A stretch of 64,000 bases of DNA. It comes from Octopus sinensis (lineage: Eukaryota). Under the pieces are notes generated by a model that was not told the origin of the DNA, did no database searches, and saw only the letters and a list, made by a program, of their open reading frames with translations. The number at the start of each line of letters is the position of its first letter. Position 1 is the first letter of the stretch. The position numbers and the translations under genes were made by a program. This document shows, piece after piece, positions 1-12,169 of this stretch. Location of the stretch: positions 33,437 to 97,436 of the forward strand of contig NW_021832839.1 of NCBI RefSeq assembly GCF_006345805.1. The letters run 5' to 3'.

Positions 1-2965
1 CGTCGCCATTTCCGTGTCCCTGTTCACTGACTCGGCCAATGCATCACGGCAACTTGAAACGGAAAACATCAAAGCGGCAAAGAAAAGGTCACGTGACCGA
101 GTCAAGACACTTCGGACTCGTCTCGAGTCGGTTGGGCTTGTGGTTATAAGGCAGTTGTCGAGTCGTCAGAATGAGGTTGTTGAAATGACAAACTACATCT
201 TTAAATACGTGTTTATGCAGAGATATCGGTAAGGAAGTGTCCTCAGTGCAGGGATGTGGTCCCCGACATTCGAGTGATCTGCATTGGTGAGTTGAGTCAT
301 TGGATTGTCCTCCAACCCACTTGCTTTCTCCAGGATAACTATCTTAAATACATTGGTTGGACTATTTTCGACAGAGTTGTGTTGTGCTTATTTGCAGGCC
401 AGTGAAGTGCGGCTTTGTTGTCTCCGCAGTCTCCAGCCTATGTACGAGTCGGCGGAGATTAGCCATGGACTGGGACAGTTCTCTGCACGATTCAAACCGA
501 GGATAGTACAGATGGCACACGACCGTGACTCAGACACGGCCGTCCAGGCGATTCGGACTCTCATTGCGATACTCAGGTAGTCGCCCAGGTGGACTGGCAG
601 GTACGATCACACTGTGCTTCTCCCTGAGGACTGTCGACACATTTCCTCTCTCGTATTTGGTAACAATCGATGTGTGGCCAAGGCGGCGGGAGACTTTTTG
701 TTGGCCAAATTGGAGAGTAGTCCAGAAAAGACAGTTTTGACGAAGAGTGGAAAATGTCTGTCATCCACAATTTCCCACATTGTTGGTTTTTATATGGAAA
801 GTGAGGTGAGTGGAGGAATAACTCCCAGTACGAGGACATGGTCTCATTGGTGGAGAGTATATACGACGTCTGTCCTCTGCTTAAGGACTGGGGGACAATG
901 ACTGACATGCTGCTGGAGGAAGTGGTCGAATATGGTGGGTGGTCTGACCAGAACGAGTCCGTCCTCGTCGACTTGATGGTCTGTTGCGTCAAACAGACAT
1001 TTTCTGCCACTTCGCCAACCAAGAAAGTGTCAGCAAAAGATCTGAAGAATTTGGAGTCGGTCAAAACAGCCCTTTCCGAGCATTTTATTCTCCATTTGGG
1101 ACAATTGTGTGCCAAGGTGGGTTGCTGAGTGACACTCTCAGTTCATCGTGGACGAGGTCAAGATTGGCCATTTGGTGGAGATTATCTGGAATATTGACAC
1201 CTCTTTGTTTGCTCAGACTGAGTTCATTCAGGTTGTCTGAGTGTGGCATTGGCAGAGACTGGAACAATTACTTAAACTGTTGGAAGAAATAGTAGAGAAA
1301 CATGTGCAGTACCAAGTGCTCGAGAACTGTTCTCGTGCATATATGACCCTCTGTGCTGCCACACACACTGTCACGTCCATTTGTCAGACATCCAGGAATT
1401 CCGTCCTTGCCCAATTGACTGAGAGTTTCTTCGAGTCTCACCAAAACTACTTCAATAATGTTTGTTTGACTGGTCATTGTAGACTCCCGAGTCGGCTCTG
1501 TCGTCCAGTCTATCCAAGGTGATGGCTTTCTATTGGTGAGTTATACTTGTTATTGCAGTTACCATGATCTGTCCTCCTGGAATATATGGGGATGTCTGTC
1601 TTCCATTATGAGGAGGGCAGTGGACTCCACGGACATGTCTCCGGAGGTAGGGAAGGGTAGTTAATTGGCAGATTATAGTTCCTGCTGTTCGGACAGGGCT
1701 GTTGAGTATTTGCTGGACATTGACGAGTGTTCGTGAGAGTCCTGTGACTGTGGCAATGTTATGTTTGTAGGAACTTGTTGAGGGATTGCGAGAACAGATC
1801 GACGAGTATATTTCCTCGTGTGAGTGTCTGATGCTGTCTCCAGTCAATACTGTCGTCGAGGAGGTATTTCTGTCCTCAGAGGCAGACTTTCGTCCTCCTC
1901 ACCGACTTACTTCTCATGTTCAGTCCGACAGAGGAAGCTTCACTCTGCACGTCCCCCTCGGCCTCTCTGACGGAGATTTTGGTGTCATTTGTGGAGGAAA
2001 GAGTGTTGGGGGATGACAGTTGTGTGGCAGGTCGGGAAAAGCGACGTGATTTCCTGACGTGTTATTGCAAGTTGGTGTTGTACGGAGTCCTCTCGCTTGA
2101 GAATGCAGTCATTCTTATTTGCAACTACTCAAAGGTGTCTTTTTTTATGTATTCTAGTTCGGTGATATATTTGGCGATATCATCAAGTTGTTTCTCAGTA
2201 AATTGGGGGTTATTGACGGTATTGCCTGTGCCAAACTCATCATTGCCACCCTCATTGACGTATTCTTTATTGTCATTGCAGTCATACAAGTCCGAAGTGC
2301 CTCAACTGAGGGATTTGTCCAGGAAGTTGGTGTCCTTCTTTGGACAGGAGTATAGCAAGAGTCGGGAATCTCTTGCAGTCATTCACCAGTATTTGTTATA
2401 ATCACTTCCCAGTGAGGGCATTAAGTTTGCTCTCCGAGTGGACGAGACCATGGGTGACTGTCCGAACATGTCCTTCTTTGATGTGCTTATTGACTTTTCT
2501 TACAAAGTAAATTTGCAAGATCGGAACACAATGTGGCATTCACGTGCATATTGTAGATTGCGTTATTTGGACAAAATCCTCTCGGAAAGGAACGTTGTCC
2601 ATCCATCACTTACCTCTTACCGGACAACTCTGGTGGGCGAAGTAATGTCTGGTTATGAAACTCCCATTCGCAGACAATCAAATGGTGAGGTGTTCATTTT
2701 AGTGCAAGATTTGATCGAGGGGGCCAGGAAGTACCCCAACATGGGAGATTCCCGAGGAATGCAGTCTTTTCAGAGCACTCTTCCTTCGAGTCTTAACACT
2801 CCTGCATGCCGCAACAAAATGGACAGTATTGACGAAGTGGTATCTCCGGATGGGCACCCGCTTTCCATTGATCAAAGGTAGATGTGTGTTATTCCATGTA
2901 GTATGAACGACACCAGAAATGTCACAATGTCATCCGTACAGTCCAACAGTTCGTTTCTTGATTAG
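1..2965 (+). CDS. STAG1: Cohesin subunit SA/stromalin (STAG family), 5'-truncated, many tiny introns
   Basis: Removing the 23-nt intron 229-251 gives FMQRYRDVVPDIRVICIGELSHW...DNYLKYIGWTIFDR, then SEVRLCCLRSLQ and RFKPRIVQMAHDRD, matching the stromalin conserved domain. Stop TAG 2963-2965. STAG1 versus STAG2 cannot be resolved. Confidence 0.9.
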
Positions 2966-3079
2966 TTTTTGTACATTTACAGTTGTTTTATGTTGCTTTT
3001 TGTAAAAAAATTTCGATTTTCTACAAATGTGAACTTATTCTATTAAATTTGTGTTTCAAATACTAAACTAACAATTAGG

Positions 3080-3600
3080 TCTTGCACATTATTCAGACGT
3101 TATCCAATATTGAAGTGCACTTTTTGCCTCCAACAACAAGTGACTTACAACCATTGGATTCCGGAAAAATACATAGTTTTAAGGCACTTTACCGAAAACT
3201 ACAGCTAAAACATATTATTAACCAACTTGAAACAAGTAACAGTTGGCGTATGGGTTGGATGATTCAATACGTTTTGTTGGAAAATCATTGGACAGCGTAA
3301 ATGATTCAAGCTAAGGTTGGATGATTCAAGCTGAGGCAAGCCAAGATTTGTTCTGTCGAAACTTATAACACTGAAAATTCGAGAAAAAAAATTGTTGATC
3401 AAAATCTATTGAATCAACTGATTTCGGTGGACGGTAATGCTAAAACATACTGTCATGTTGAAGAAGACCAAATATTGTCTACATTTCGAAGAATCAATGA
3501 CAGTGATGAAGAAGACATAAAAGAAGACCTTACTAAAAAAAGACCTTCTTAAAATTAGTTAGGGTTATTGCTAGTGCGTTAGAAGTTATATGATTGCATG
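3080..3600 (+). mobile_element. pogo/Tigger DDE transposase relic
   Basis: NIEVHFLPPTTSDLQPLDSGKIHSFKALYRK resembles the Tigger FLPPNTTSxLQPLDxGII motif; broken by stops. Confidence 0.7.
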
Positions 3601-3790
3601 AAATATTTGGTTTTTTTTTCGTTGCAATATAGAGAGGTTTAAATGTACATGATTACCAAATAATTTAAATTATACTAACAAATTTTGAATCTTTTTTTTG
3701 TTTTCTAATAGATTTCATGACGTAAAAATGTCAAAAATTATACTAAGTATTAATTAAAGTATAATTTTCTCAATCTGTTCATTACTTCCT

Positions 3791-4683
3791 CTATTCTGAT
3801 ATTCCCTCAGGTAAGGATGCCAGCCTCTTTCCTTGGGAAGTGCTGACAGGCAGTGGCGAAGTTATGGTCATATCTATTTGTCGATAAATTGCTTTTATTC
3901 TTTTGTCCAGTTCGAGAGTCCTTTGGCATGGCTCAATTCTGTTCCTATAGGAAACAATCATGCTCTCAAGGGTTTTTTTGATAGTGAGTGATTGTATATA
4001 CGCATGTGTTCTCTCATTGATGTTCAACGATTGTGCATACTGTTGGAATTTTGAAGTGACAAGTCCGTCCCAAGTTAATACAATCGGTACTATTTTCACA
4101 TTGGCATGATATATCAACTCCAGTTCCTTTGATAGAAGGTCATACTTTCTAAGTTTTTCTACCTCCACTTGTTGTAGGTTTGGGGCAGATGTTATCCCAA
4201 CCTCAATCAGGAATATCCGGTTGTTCTTCTTGTCAAAGACAAACAAATCGGGCTTGTTATGTTCTAGTATTATGTCTGTTTTAATGAAGGTGTCCACTTT
4301 GATTTCGACAAACTCATTAACAGACACAGTTTGTACAGAGTGAGTTTTCAGCTTCTTCTCATTCTTGAGTCCGTATTCTCGACATAAATGAAAATGAATA
4401 CACCTAACTACTTCATTATGCCTTCTAACATAGTCCCCATGCAGCATCTTTTCACATCTGGTAGCACAGTGGTCGACAGTCTTCTTCCATTTCATACAGT
4501 GTGGACACATTAAATTGTGGTCTGCGACGAATAAATTTCTATCCTGTAGAAGACAGAACAAGCCTTCTGACCGTTGAGAATTATTGCCTCTGGCTAGCCA
4601 GTGACTGAAATCTTCAACCTTCACGAAATCTTCCTTAGAATTTTTATAGAGAATTGAGAATTGTGAATCTAATTTCAATACTG
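3791..4683 (-). mobile_element. R4/Dong-type non-LTR retrotransposon, 3' part (CCHC plus RLE endonuclease)
   Basis: CPHC..TVDHCATRC zinc knuckle, RRHNEVV, KPDLFVFDK..FLIEVGIT, KLRKYD and VPIVLTWDG. 5' end is cut off at the edge of the inverted duplication. Confidence 0.85.
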
Positions 4684-4984
4684 CGAGTAATATGATCAAA
4701 TAGTAAATTAAATGATCTAAGAGTGGTGAAGTACAAGTACAAGAAATTTGAATTTTTGAACAAGATATGTCAATGAGTGTGTAAAGAGACGATTTATCGG
4801 GGGTAAAAGTAAATTAATAATTATCAGCCATTCAAGAAATAATTGCGATTGAATAATTTTAATTTGATTCATTCTACGACAACTCCCAAACACTAATGAG
4901 CTGATTTAAATTATTTTATTGATTCTCAAAAAGATATATAATCGTAGAAAAGTGCAGAATTTAATTTTCAACAGTCAGTCTACA

Positions 4985-5908
4985 ATGGTCACTCTCCACC
5001 TCCTTCTCGACTTCCCGATTGTCCAGGCAATTCTCGCAGCAATCACAGTCGGCATTTTGCCTGCACTTCTCCTCATTTTCGTGAGCGTAAACAAAAGTAA
5101 CTGGGACGGGTCCTTGGAGGTGACATGGATAATGTCCAACTCGTAGATTCTGCTCGCCTTTGCTTCCGGGGGGTTGCTCTCGGACGTATTTTTCCACTTG
5201 ATGCCTGAAATATTCATCACCGCCAACACAGCCAACAACGGATATTTCATTTTAGTGGGACTCTATGGCTTTTTTGCTTTGGAAAGAGTCCTCAATTTGA
5301 CTCTCAAAGCATCCCCGACCGACGCCCCAGAGGAACCTTCGGAGCCGATTGTCACGGAGTCGACAACCATTCGTCGCAGAACGAAAGAGAAAAGTGACGC
5401 AGAGCACAGTGCGAAAGAGCAGGTTTCAATGAAGGCGCAAGGATTCGTCAACCTCGTAGGGGATTTTGTGCACAACATCACTGACGGGCTGATCATCGGC
5501 GCGTCGTTTATGCACAGCACATCTCTCGGACTGAGTTCGTCATTTTCTATTCTGTGCCACGAATTTCCCAACGAGATTGGGGACTTTGTCAGTCTAATCA
5601 ACGCCAATTGCACCAAAAAGCAGGCTTGTTTCCATGTCTTATGATAGGCAATACTCCTCCAGTTCGTCACGGCACTGGGCTTCATTTTTGGCGTCATCCT
5701 GTCATTTGTTTTAGGCAATTTGAGTTCGCGTATTGAGAGTGTTTTGATTCCCTTCTGCACCGGGGGGTTCATATACATCGGCACTGTAAACATGCTCGGG
5801 CCGCTCACAAAGGGCTCCCACCAAGTCGGGGGAATGCGACACACTTTCCAAATATTGCTTTCTGCCTTGGCTGGAGTTGCTTTTCTCGTTTTAGTTAGCA
5901 AAATATAG
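4985..5908 (+). CDS. ZIP (SLC39, LIV-1 subfamily, ZIP7/ZIP13-like) metal transporter, copy A
   Basis: ILLAFASGGLLSDVFFHLMPE, NLVGDFVHNITDGL, CHEFPNEIGDF and PFCTGGFIYIGTV. Introns 5120-5146 and 5624-5647 (GC-AG). Confidence 0.9.
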
Positions 5909-6134
5909 TCACTGCTCTCATCATTTGGAACGTTTTCGAGTCTTTGTTCATTCATTCGCATTTGCTCAAAGCACTCTTAGTTTCAGCGAGATGATTCACA
6001 ACCAATGAATCTTTGCGTCATTGTATATAAACGTGTATTTTTATTTAAATAAAGTCAATTCATAAGTGAAATATACATTGTTCAGACCTTCTGCATGAAT
6101 AAAAGAGAATGTCAAATATTTCGGTCATCTTTTA

Positions 6135-6444
6135 ATGGTTTTGTATTTGGTTAATGTCTAATAGTCGAGAAAGTTCATTTCAACCGATCTCGAGAGTTTT
6201 TTTCCAGTCATTTTGTTAGATGTCAAAAAATGTTTTGACCAATTGGACTTGGACAGCAACGGGAAAATAAACGCCAGAGAACTCAGCAAAGTTTTTAATC
6301 TTGCGGGTGTCTGCTGTACAGAAGAAGAATGTCGAAATCTAATTAAATCTTGCGACCAGGATAGCGATGGAAATATCAATTTTAAAGGTGCAATTTAATT
6401 TTCATTCAACAGAATTCCTCGATCTCATTTCAAACGACTCTTAG
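6135..6444 (+). CDS. Small two-EF-hand calmodulin-like protein, copy A
   Basis: EF loops DLDSNGKINARE and DQDSDGNINFKE; ATG then intron 6138-6164, two further tiny introns, stop 6442-6444. Confidence 0.85.
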
Positions 6445-6719
6445 CTACTCCAGTATCGAATATAATCATTTAACAATTGTTGTTTTTGAATAAACAAAAT
6501 TAACATTAATACATTGAATAGACTGAATTTAACTGTTTTGACTAAAAATATCTGAAAGTTAGATTTGCTTTAATTCCACTTTTTACTAACTCATTTGACA
6601 AGAAACAAAAATAAGCCAAGAGGCGACGAGATTAGAATGATGACTTACAGGCTCTTATTTGTTATATACCTCGAGGCTGCCTTCTAGGACATAAAAGCAA
6701 AAATCCTTTACGAAAAATA

Positions 6720-6830
6720 AGCCAATTCAATGTGGAAGTAGGTGTTACTTCAATCGATAATGTAAAATTAGTGGAAGTAGAAAAATTGCACACATATAAA
6801 ATTCTAGTCATGAATTGCAGTTGTCTCAAG
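6720..6830 (+). mobile_element. Short R4/Dong RLE relic
   Basis: NVEVGVTSIDNVKLVEVEKLHTYKIL matches LIEVGITSAPNLQQVEVEKLRKYDLL of the 3791-4683 element. Confidence 0.65.
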
Positions 6831-7163
6831 ATTGAGATGACCATTGTGATAAATGTCTATTTTTCAGGAAATATTTGGACTTTCAAAAAAAGTTAGATTT
6901 GTTTTCTGCCTCAAATAACTCATTTGATGAAAAATAAAAATAGCAAGAATAAACGAAACAACTCCAAAATGGCGCTAGTGGCTGAGCAGCAAAGTACTAT
7001 TAAAAAAGTAATTTATTAGTTGAATAAAATAGTGAAAACAACTTCCCCTCTTAACAAATTCCTTACCAAAATATCCAGGATTATACCCAAAAATTTCCCT
7101 TGTGGGTATAGACTTAATTACTGTCGCGAGAGAATAAAACAGTGTAAAATTAGTTTTTTAATG

Positions 7164-7866
7164 TCAAACTACAATGCAGGACTGTTTTTTTGCCTTGCTC
7201 AAAACAATAGTGGTTGCTTGATAGAAAACATCCTTGACATTGTACTTCATAAAGGAAGAACACTCCAAGTATTTTGCTGCTCCTGCATTTGTTGTTTAAA
7301 AGTAGTACCAATGCGCTTTGCTAATTCTTGGCCGTTCTTTTGAGGGACGGGGACTTGATTTTGCAATTTAAGAATGTCGAGTGTGTCCTGGTCGTCTCGC
7401 AGGTCGACTTTTGTTGCAACAATCATAAAAGTAGGATTCAGGCAGTGGACATTTATTTCCGGAATCCACTAAACCTCTCAACAAACAACACCTTGGACTC
7501 AATGTTTCGAAAAGTCTGAGGATTGACGACAGAAAAACAAATAATAAAAATATCCTAGTAATAACCAATCCAGTATAACAGTCTTTGGGTAGGCGAGTGC
7601 GCGGAGTCGGTCGTAGTCTGGTTTCCCCGGAGTGTCCCACAAGTCAAGATGGACGACCACTCCGTCCTTTTCCTGAGTGTTCATCATCTGGACACTGTAG
7701 GAATTGAGTCTGCAATGTCGTAGAATTGGATACACGGCAGCCACGGTTTTTGATAAAGTGGACTCGGACGTGTAGGCAGTGATGAGACTGGTCTTTCCCA
7801 CAGAACTACAACATGTCCGAACTACAATCACCTGTCGCCAACTACTACACACTTAATCAAGTCCAT
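7164..7866 (-). CDS. Atypical Rho-family small GTPase
   Basis: MDLIKCVVVGDSSVGKTSL, LDLWDTPGKPDYDRLRALAYPKT, C-terminal KAKKQSCIVV CAAX box; several tiny introns. Confidence 0.85.
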
Positions 7867-7970
7867 AACTAATCAAGGCACAAAATTATTCAATATACAT
7901 TTTAATAATCTTTATTTTCTCAATTTTAATTTAAATTAATTGGAATAAATAAAATGTCAATTTGAATTAT

Positions 7971-8321
7971 ATGGCTCGTGTGTTAGGTTTGTGTGCTTTG
8001 ATAACAAAGACTTTTCCTCCCAGGACGACTCTCCGCGCACAAACGAGAAGGACAGATATCACCTCATCTCCACTTCTCCGGTCGATGTGGTCGAACGTTT
8101 GTGTATTTATATTTATTACAAGCATTGAACACTCACAAATATTGCTCTTATGAGTCCTCTGTCTTCTCTTCTCGGTTTGAAATTGGTTTTTTGTGGACAA
8201 AGTAACATTAGCGAAACATAAGGCCTCAATGCAACATCTCGAAAAGTATTTGGTTTACATCAACGAGACCAACTGGATGTTTGACGACGTAGACGACCTT
8301 ATTGGACTAAATAACTATTAA
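7971..8321 (+). CDS. ANAPC16: Anaphase-promoting complex subunit 16-like small protein
   Basis: Spliced C-terminus KHKASMQHLEKYLVYINETNWMFDDVDDLIG resembles APC16 KHDQQVARMEKL..EADEWRFKPIEQLLG; three tiny introns. Confidence 0.55.
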
Positions 8322-8478
8322 TCTGAACTATTTCTCCCACTTAGTTTACTCTCTCTTGCCTCCTGTAGTCCCTTCTTATTGGTTCCATTAGGTGACCACA
8401 TGACGCAACGATGGACTAATTAATATTTATTTTTATATAAATTAATTAATATATTTAATTGAATTAATATTTGATTTG

Positions 8479-9810
8479 ATGTTTTGTTTTTATCGCCACA
8501 GAATGAAAGAAAGTTCAAAACAGCCTTTCGACATGTTCACATCAACACACAACCCGCCCTCCCAGTTAATAATCAAGTAATCTCCTTCCTTACTTCAGTA
8601 ATCTCCGAATCACCCGTAAAAAGTTACTCAATCTCCTTTCCACAACAAAAAGTGACCCCGAGGACATTTTCAGGACCTTCAAAGAGTACCTTGGATTCCT
8701 CTACGGATTTATATTCGACCCCGACCGCCCATCGTCAGTCCCCAACAGCAAACTGATTAGTTCTATTCCCTTCAAATGGAGTCAGTCATTGGTCGGGGAG
8801 TCTCCCATGTTAGCATGTTCATTTATAAGCAGAGAAATGACTGATAGTGCATTCGAATTTGTCCAAATGAGTGTCAATGTTGGTTTGTGGTACATCAATG
8901 CTGCCTGTCTGCTTCTCTGCCATCTGAAATCCTACGAGTAGACCTGTCCTCTCACTCCCAGTCCATCAGTCGAGCATATTCTCAAGTCCGCCTTCAACCT
9001 TCTTAGAAAGTCTTCGGGAATATTCGTATTCTCGAAAGTATTATGTTTTGAAATATTGGAGACCATCAATACATCAGTGCCCTCTCTCACGTGCGATTCC
9101 AGTCACATGGTCATCGATATGTATCTCCATCAGGCATTGGGACAGTGCCAGGAAAGTAGTAGTCTTCTTCTACTCTTTCAGTTGTGCTGGAAAGAGCCAT
9201 TCGACTGAAACATAGTCCTGGTCTTATATCTCGTATTGCCTGGCACACTGCGAGGATGTTCGAGACTTGCTGTTTGGGTTGATGTTCTCATTTTCAGCCA
9301 CTCTGGGCGGTTCTGTTCTTGAAAAGTCCAAAAACCAAAGACTGAAGAAGTACTACGACTGGAAGTGTGTTTTGTACTCCTCTTTGGTTAGTCGTGTCTG
9401 CTACAACACAGGCCTATTCGTATTTCACAATTGATTTGCTGAGTCAGGAAAAACCAGCGGAAGCCAAATGTGCGGACAAAATGGCCACGGAAAGTTTGTC
9501 CTTGTCTAAGTTGATTAGAGTTCAAAGTGGCTCTTTCGGACGTGCGGGAGTGGATGGAATATGCTCAGCGTTTCAATGTGCTGATTGAACGCCACAGCCA
9601 GAGGTACCGCATGGAGAGTTCAATGATGTGATTGCTTTCCCAGGAGGTTTAGATATCGTGCTGTTTCCGAATCGGAATCAATGCCTCAGCCAGGAAATCT
9701 CGAATCGGGCGCTGTGCAGGCAGAGGAAATTGTTTTCCCGGATATTTCTTCTATTTGGACTACCAGTGCCTACGATGGATTCGCGCTTCCTGCTATTTGA
9801 CTTTGTTTAA
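8479..9810 (+). CDS. BROX: BRO1-domain protein BROX
   Basis: MFCFYRHRMK, FKWSQSL, AFEFVQMSVNVGLWY, ERAIRLKHSPGLISRIA and KKYYDWK are collinear with BROX. Confidence 0.8.
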
Positions 9811-10869
9811 TAAAACTAGCCATAATTTTCTAATATTGTTTTATTTAAGGTCGCCGGACTTTTTCAAAGCGTCTGTTCGCTCTTTTAGTCCCTTTCATAG
9901 AGCTGGTCTCATTTCATTGATTGAGGGAACATTTCCCCTAATAAGATATTAACTCTAAAAGGGGTATTAAAATATACATTTTTTGAGTTACTTACTCTTT
10001 CTGTTTTCACAATCGATATTAATGATTTTAAAAAATATGCATTTGATTATTACAAAATCGTTGTCACAAATCTATGAATTACTGTTTTGAGATTGCTTCT
10101 ATTTTTATAGCATTCAGTCCTTACTCTAATTGCTCAATCTGAAATGAGGGAATGAGTAATTTATGACTTTTTAAATCAACAATAATGAAATCTTCCTGGT
10201 GAATTTGGAATTTTCGATATCCTTTTTAGAATTTATCCAAACAACTTGCAGCGCATTTTAATTATCAGGGTACTTAGAGGAACATCCTTTATACAATGCT
10301 TCACTCCTTACATGCATAGGCTACTTAGAAAGGTTCTTTCTTTAAAAGGAGTTAAGCCTCTGTCCATTCATTTTTGACATTCCTTATACAAGGATGGGTT
10401 TTACTAAAGCTTTTTACAGTCTAAAGCGAATTTCAAAATATCATTGATGTAATACATATCCTAAAATGCCAATTAGAGATATAACAGTACTGGCCTTGAG
10501 ATCGCTCCTGTCACAAATTCCTGCGACACACAGTTTCCAATACGTATATGAATGTTTGATAGAGAAATTGTTATTAGAATACCGACTCCTTGTCTAAGAA
10601 TTAGCACTTCAATGAGTTTTTCTTGTCTCAAAAGCTTTGATGAGATTAATTTCAAAATTGTTTTTAAATTCTCAATTGTTGTACCAAAACTTGATTAGTT
10701 CAGGCTGTCAGTTTTTAGAGCCAGAGATGATCATGTTGGGTTGACACTACTTGTTGCTGCACTCCGAACATTGGATAGATCCCTGTCTACTACTCACCGC
10801 CTGTTCGTGTTTGAATATGTTTTTATTAAAATTTGGTACCTTTATAGTTGTTGGGAGAAATTAATTTCA

Positions 10870-11330
10870 GGCTATAATAAAAAAAGAAATCTATAATACA
10901 AATCATTTGCAGGTTTCATTCGACAGACATACCGCAGATTATAGTTTATTCTAAAAACTTGTTTAAAGCAAACACGGCGGTCCAGTTATTATTGTGTTTG
11001 ACAATTCACCAGCTCACAGTTGTATCACGGAAGTTCTTAAATTGGAAGAATATAATGATTTTTATATTCTTCGTCTCGGTCCGTACAGTTTAATGCTTAA
11101 ACACATCGAAAATGTATGGTCAAAAGTAAAAGCTCCCGTAAAAAGAGACAAAATTTTATTCCAACAAGAAGAAGGTTTGTCAATTAAAGAGTATTGAACA
11201 TGGATACTTGAAAAATAATTGTAGATAGAATAACAACAATTACATCTAAAGATTGTGTAAGGTTTATTTCTGGAATACAGGGAAATATTGCTGACACACT
11301 AAATCTGATTAACATTAAATTTTGAACAAA
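10870..11330 (+). mobile_element. IS630/Tc1-type DDE transposase relic
   Basis: VFDNSPAH...LRLGPYSLMLKHIENVWSKVKA (DNAxxH and PYSPxLNPIE motifs). Confidence 0.7.
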
Positions 11331-12169
11331 ATTTTTTTTGGTGTTAATCCCATTTAGTTTGTTATTACTCCTATATTGTTTGGCATTAATCTCACTTAGT
11401 TCGGTGTTAATCCCATTTAGTATGGGAAATGGTGTAGACATGAGAAGCATTCATAAAACAATTACAAAGTTCCAATTCTGCGGTGTCTTGTATCGAGTGG
11501 GAGGCTTGATTGATAACCAGGTTCTGTCCGAAAAACGATTTTCCCAGCCAATATGAGTGATATCGACGGTGGTTGTCATATTCTAAGGATTCCTTAAATA
11601 TCATTTGGAGCATTTTCCTTTATTTGAATGATCAGTCTGAGCATGACTAGTTCCACCAGTCTTTATATCGGCAAGTTTAAAACACGATATTTCGTCAAAT
11701 TAGATTGTGTCGAATTTGTTCGGTTCAGTCAAATCTCTGTTATATTTTTGATAAATAACCCTTCGAAGGTCATAATGACTTGGGGAAATACCAAATCTAT
11801 CATTTAAAATGTATTCATTTGCACTACTTAGTTACTAACAAACTTATTCGATAAAAAATCATTTAAAAACATCATTATAACAATTTTCGACTTTATTCTT
11901 TATAATCTCAACTTTTTCATTTATTCTTGATTTCTTCAGTATTAAACCATCTCCATGAGAAACATAAAAAACCGACTTTACAAGCTCAAGGGTCTTGCTC
12001 CTATATTTACTTTATCTTAAATATACATATCCATTCTAGTATGTTCTAGAACCTTCTCTTCCTTCAAGGATTCATCCTCCACCTTCTCACGTCCTTGGAC
12101 AATATCATTTTCCTATATAAACATTATTTTAATATGATTATTTGTTAAAATGTAAAAATACAAACCGTA

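Larger units (their letters stand above)
4684..6705 (+). repeat. ~2 kb inverted segmental duplication, copy A (pairs with 20882-22885)
   Basis: Near-identical reverse-complement sequence and near-identical ORFs (4919/22667, 5174/22412, 6213/21373). Confidence 0.95.

Noticed and set aside
5263-5961. 232-aa minus-strand ORF, and similar antisense ORFs such as 573-1115 and 35146-35934
   Set aside because: Shadows of real genes on the opposite strand; the equivalent ORF is broken by a stop in duplicate copy B
9830-10800. Possible gene or element
   Set aside because: Stop-ridden in all frames examined with no convincing motif; probably old TE debris
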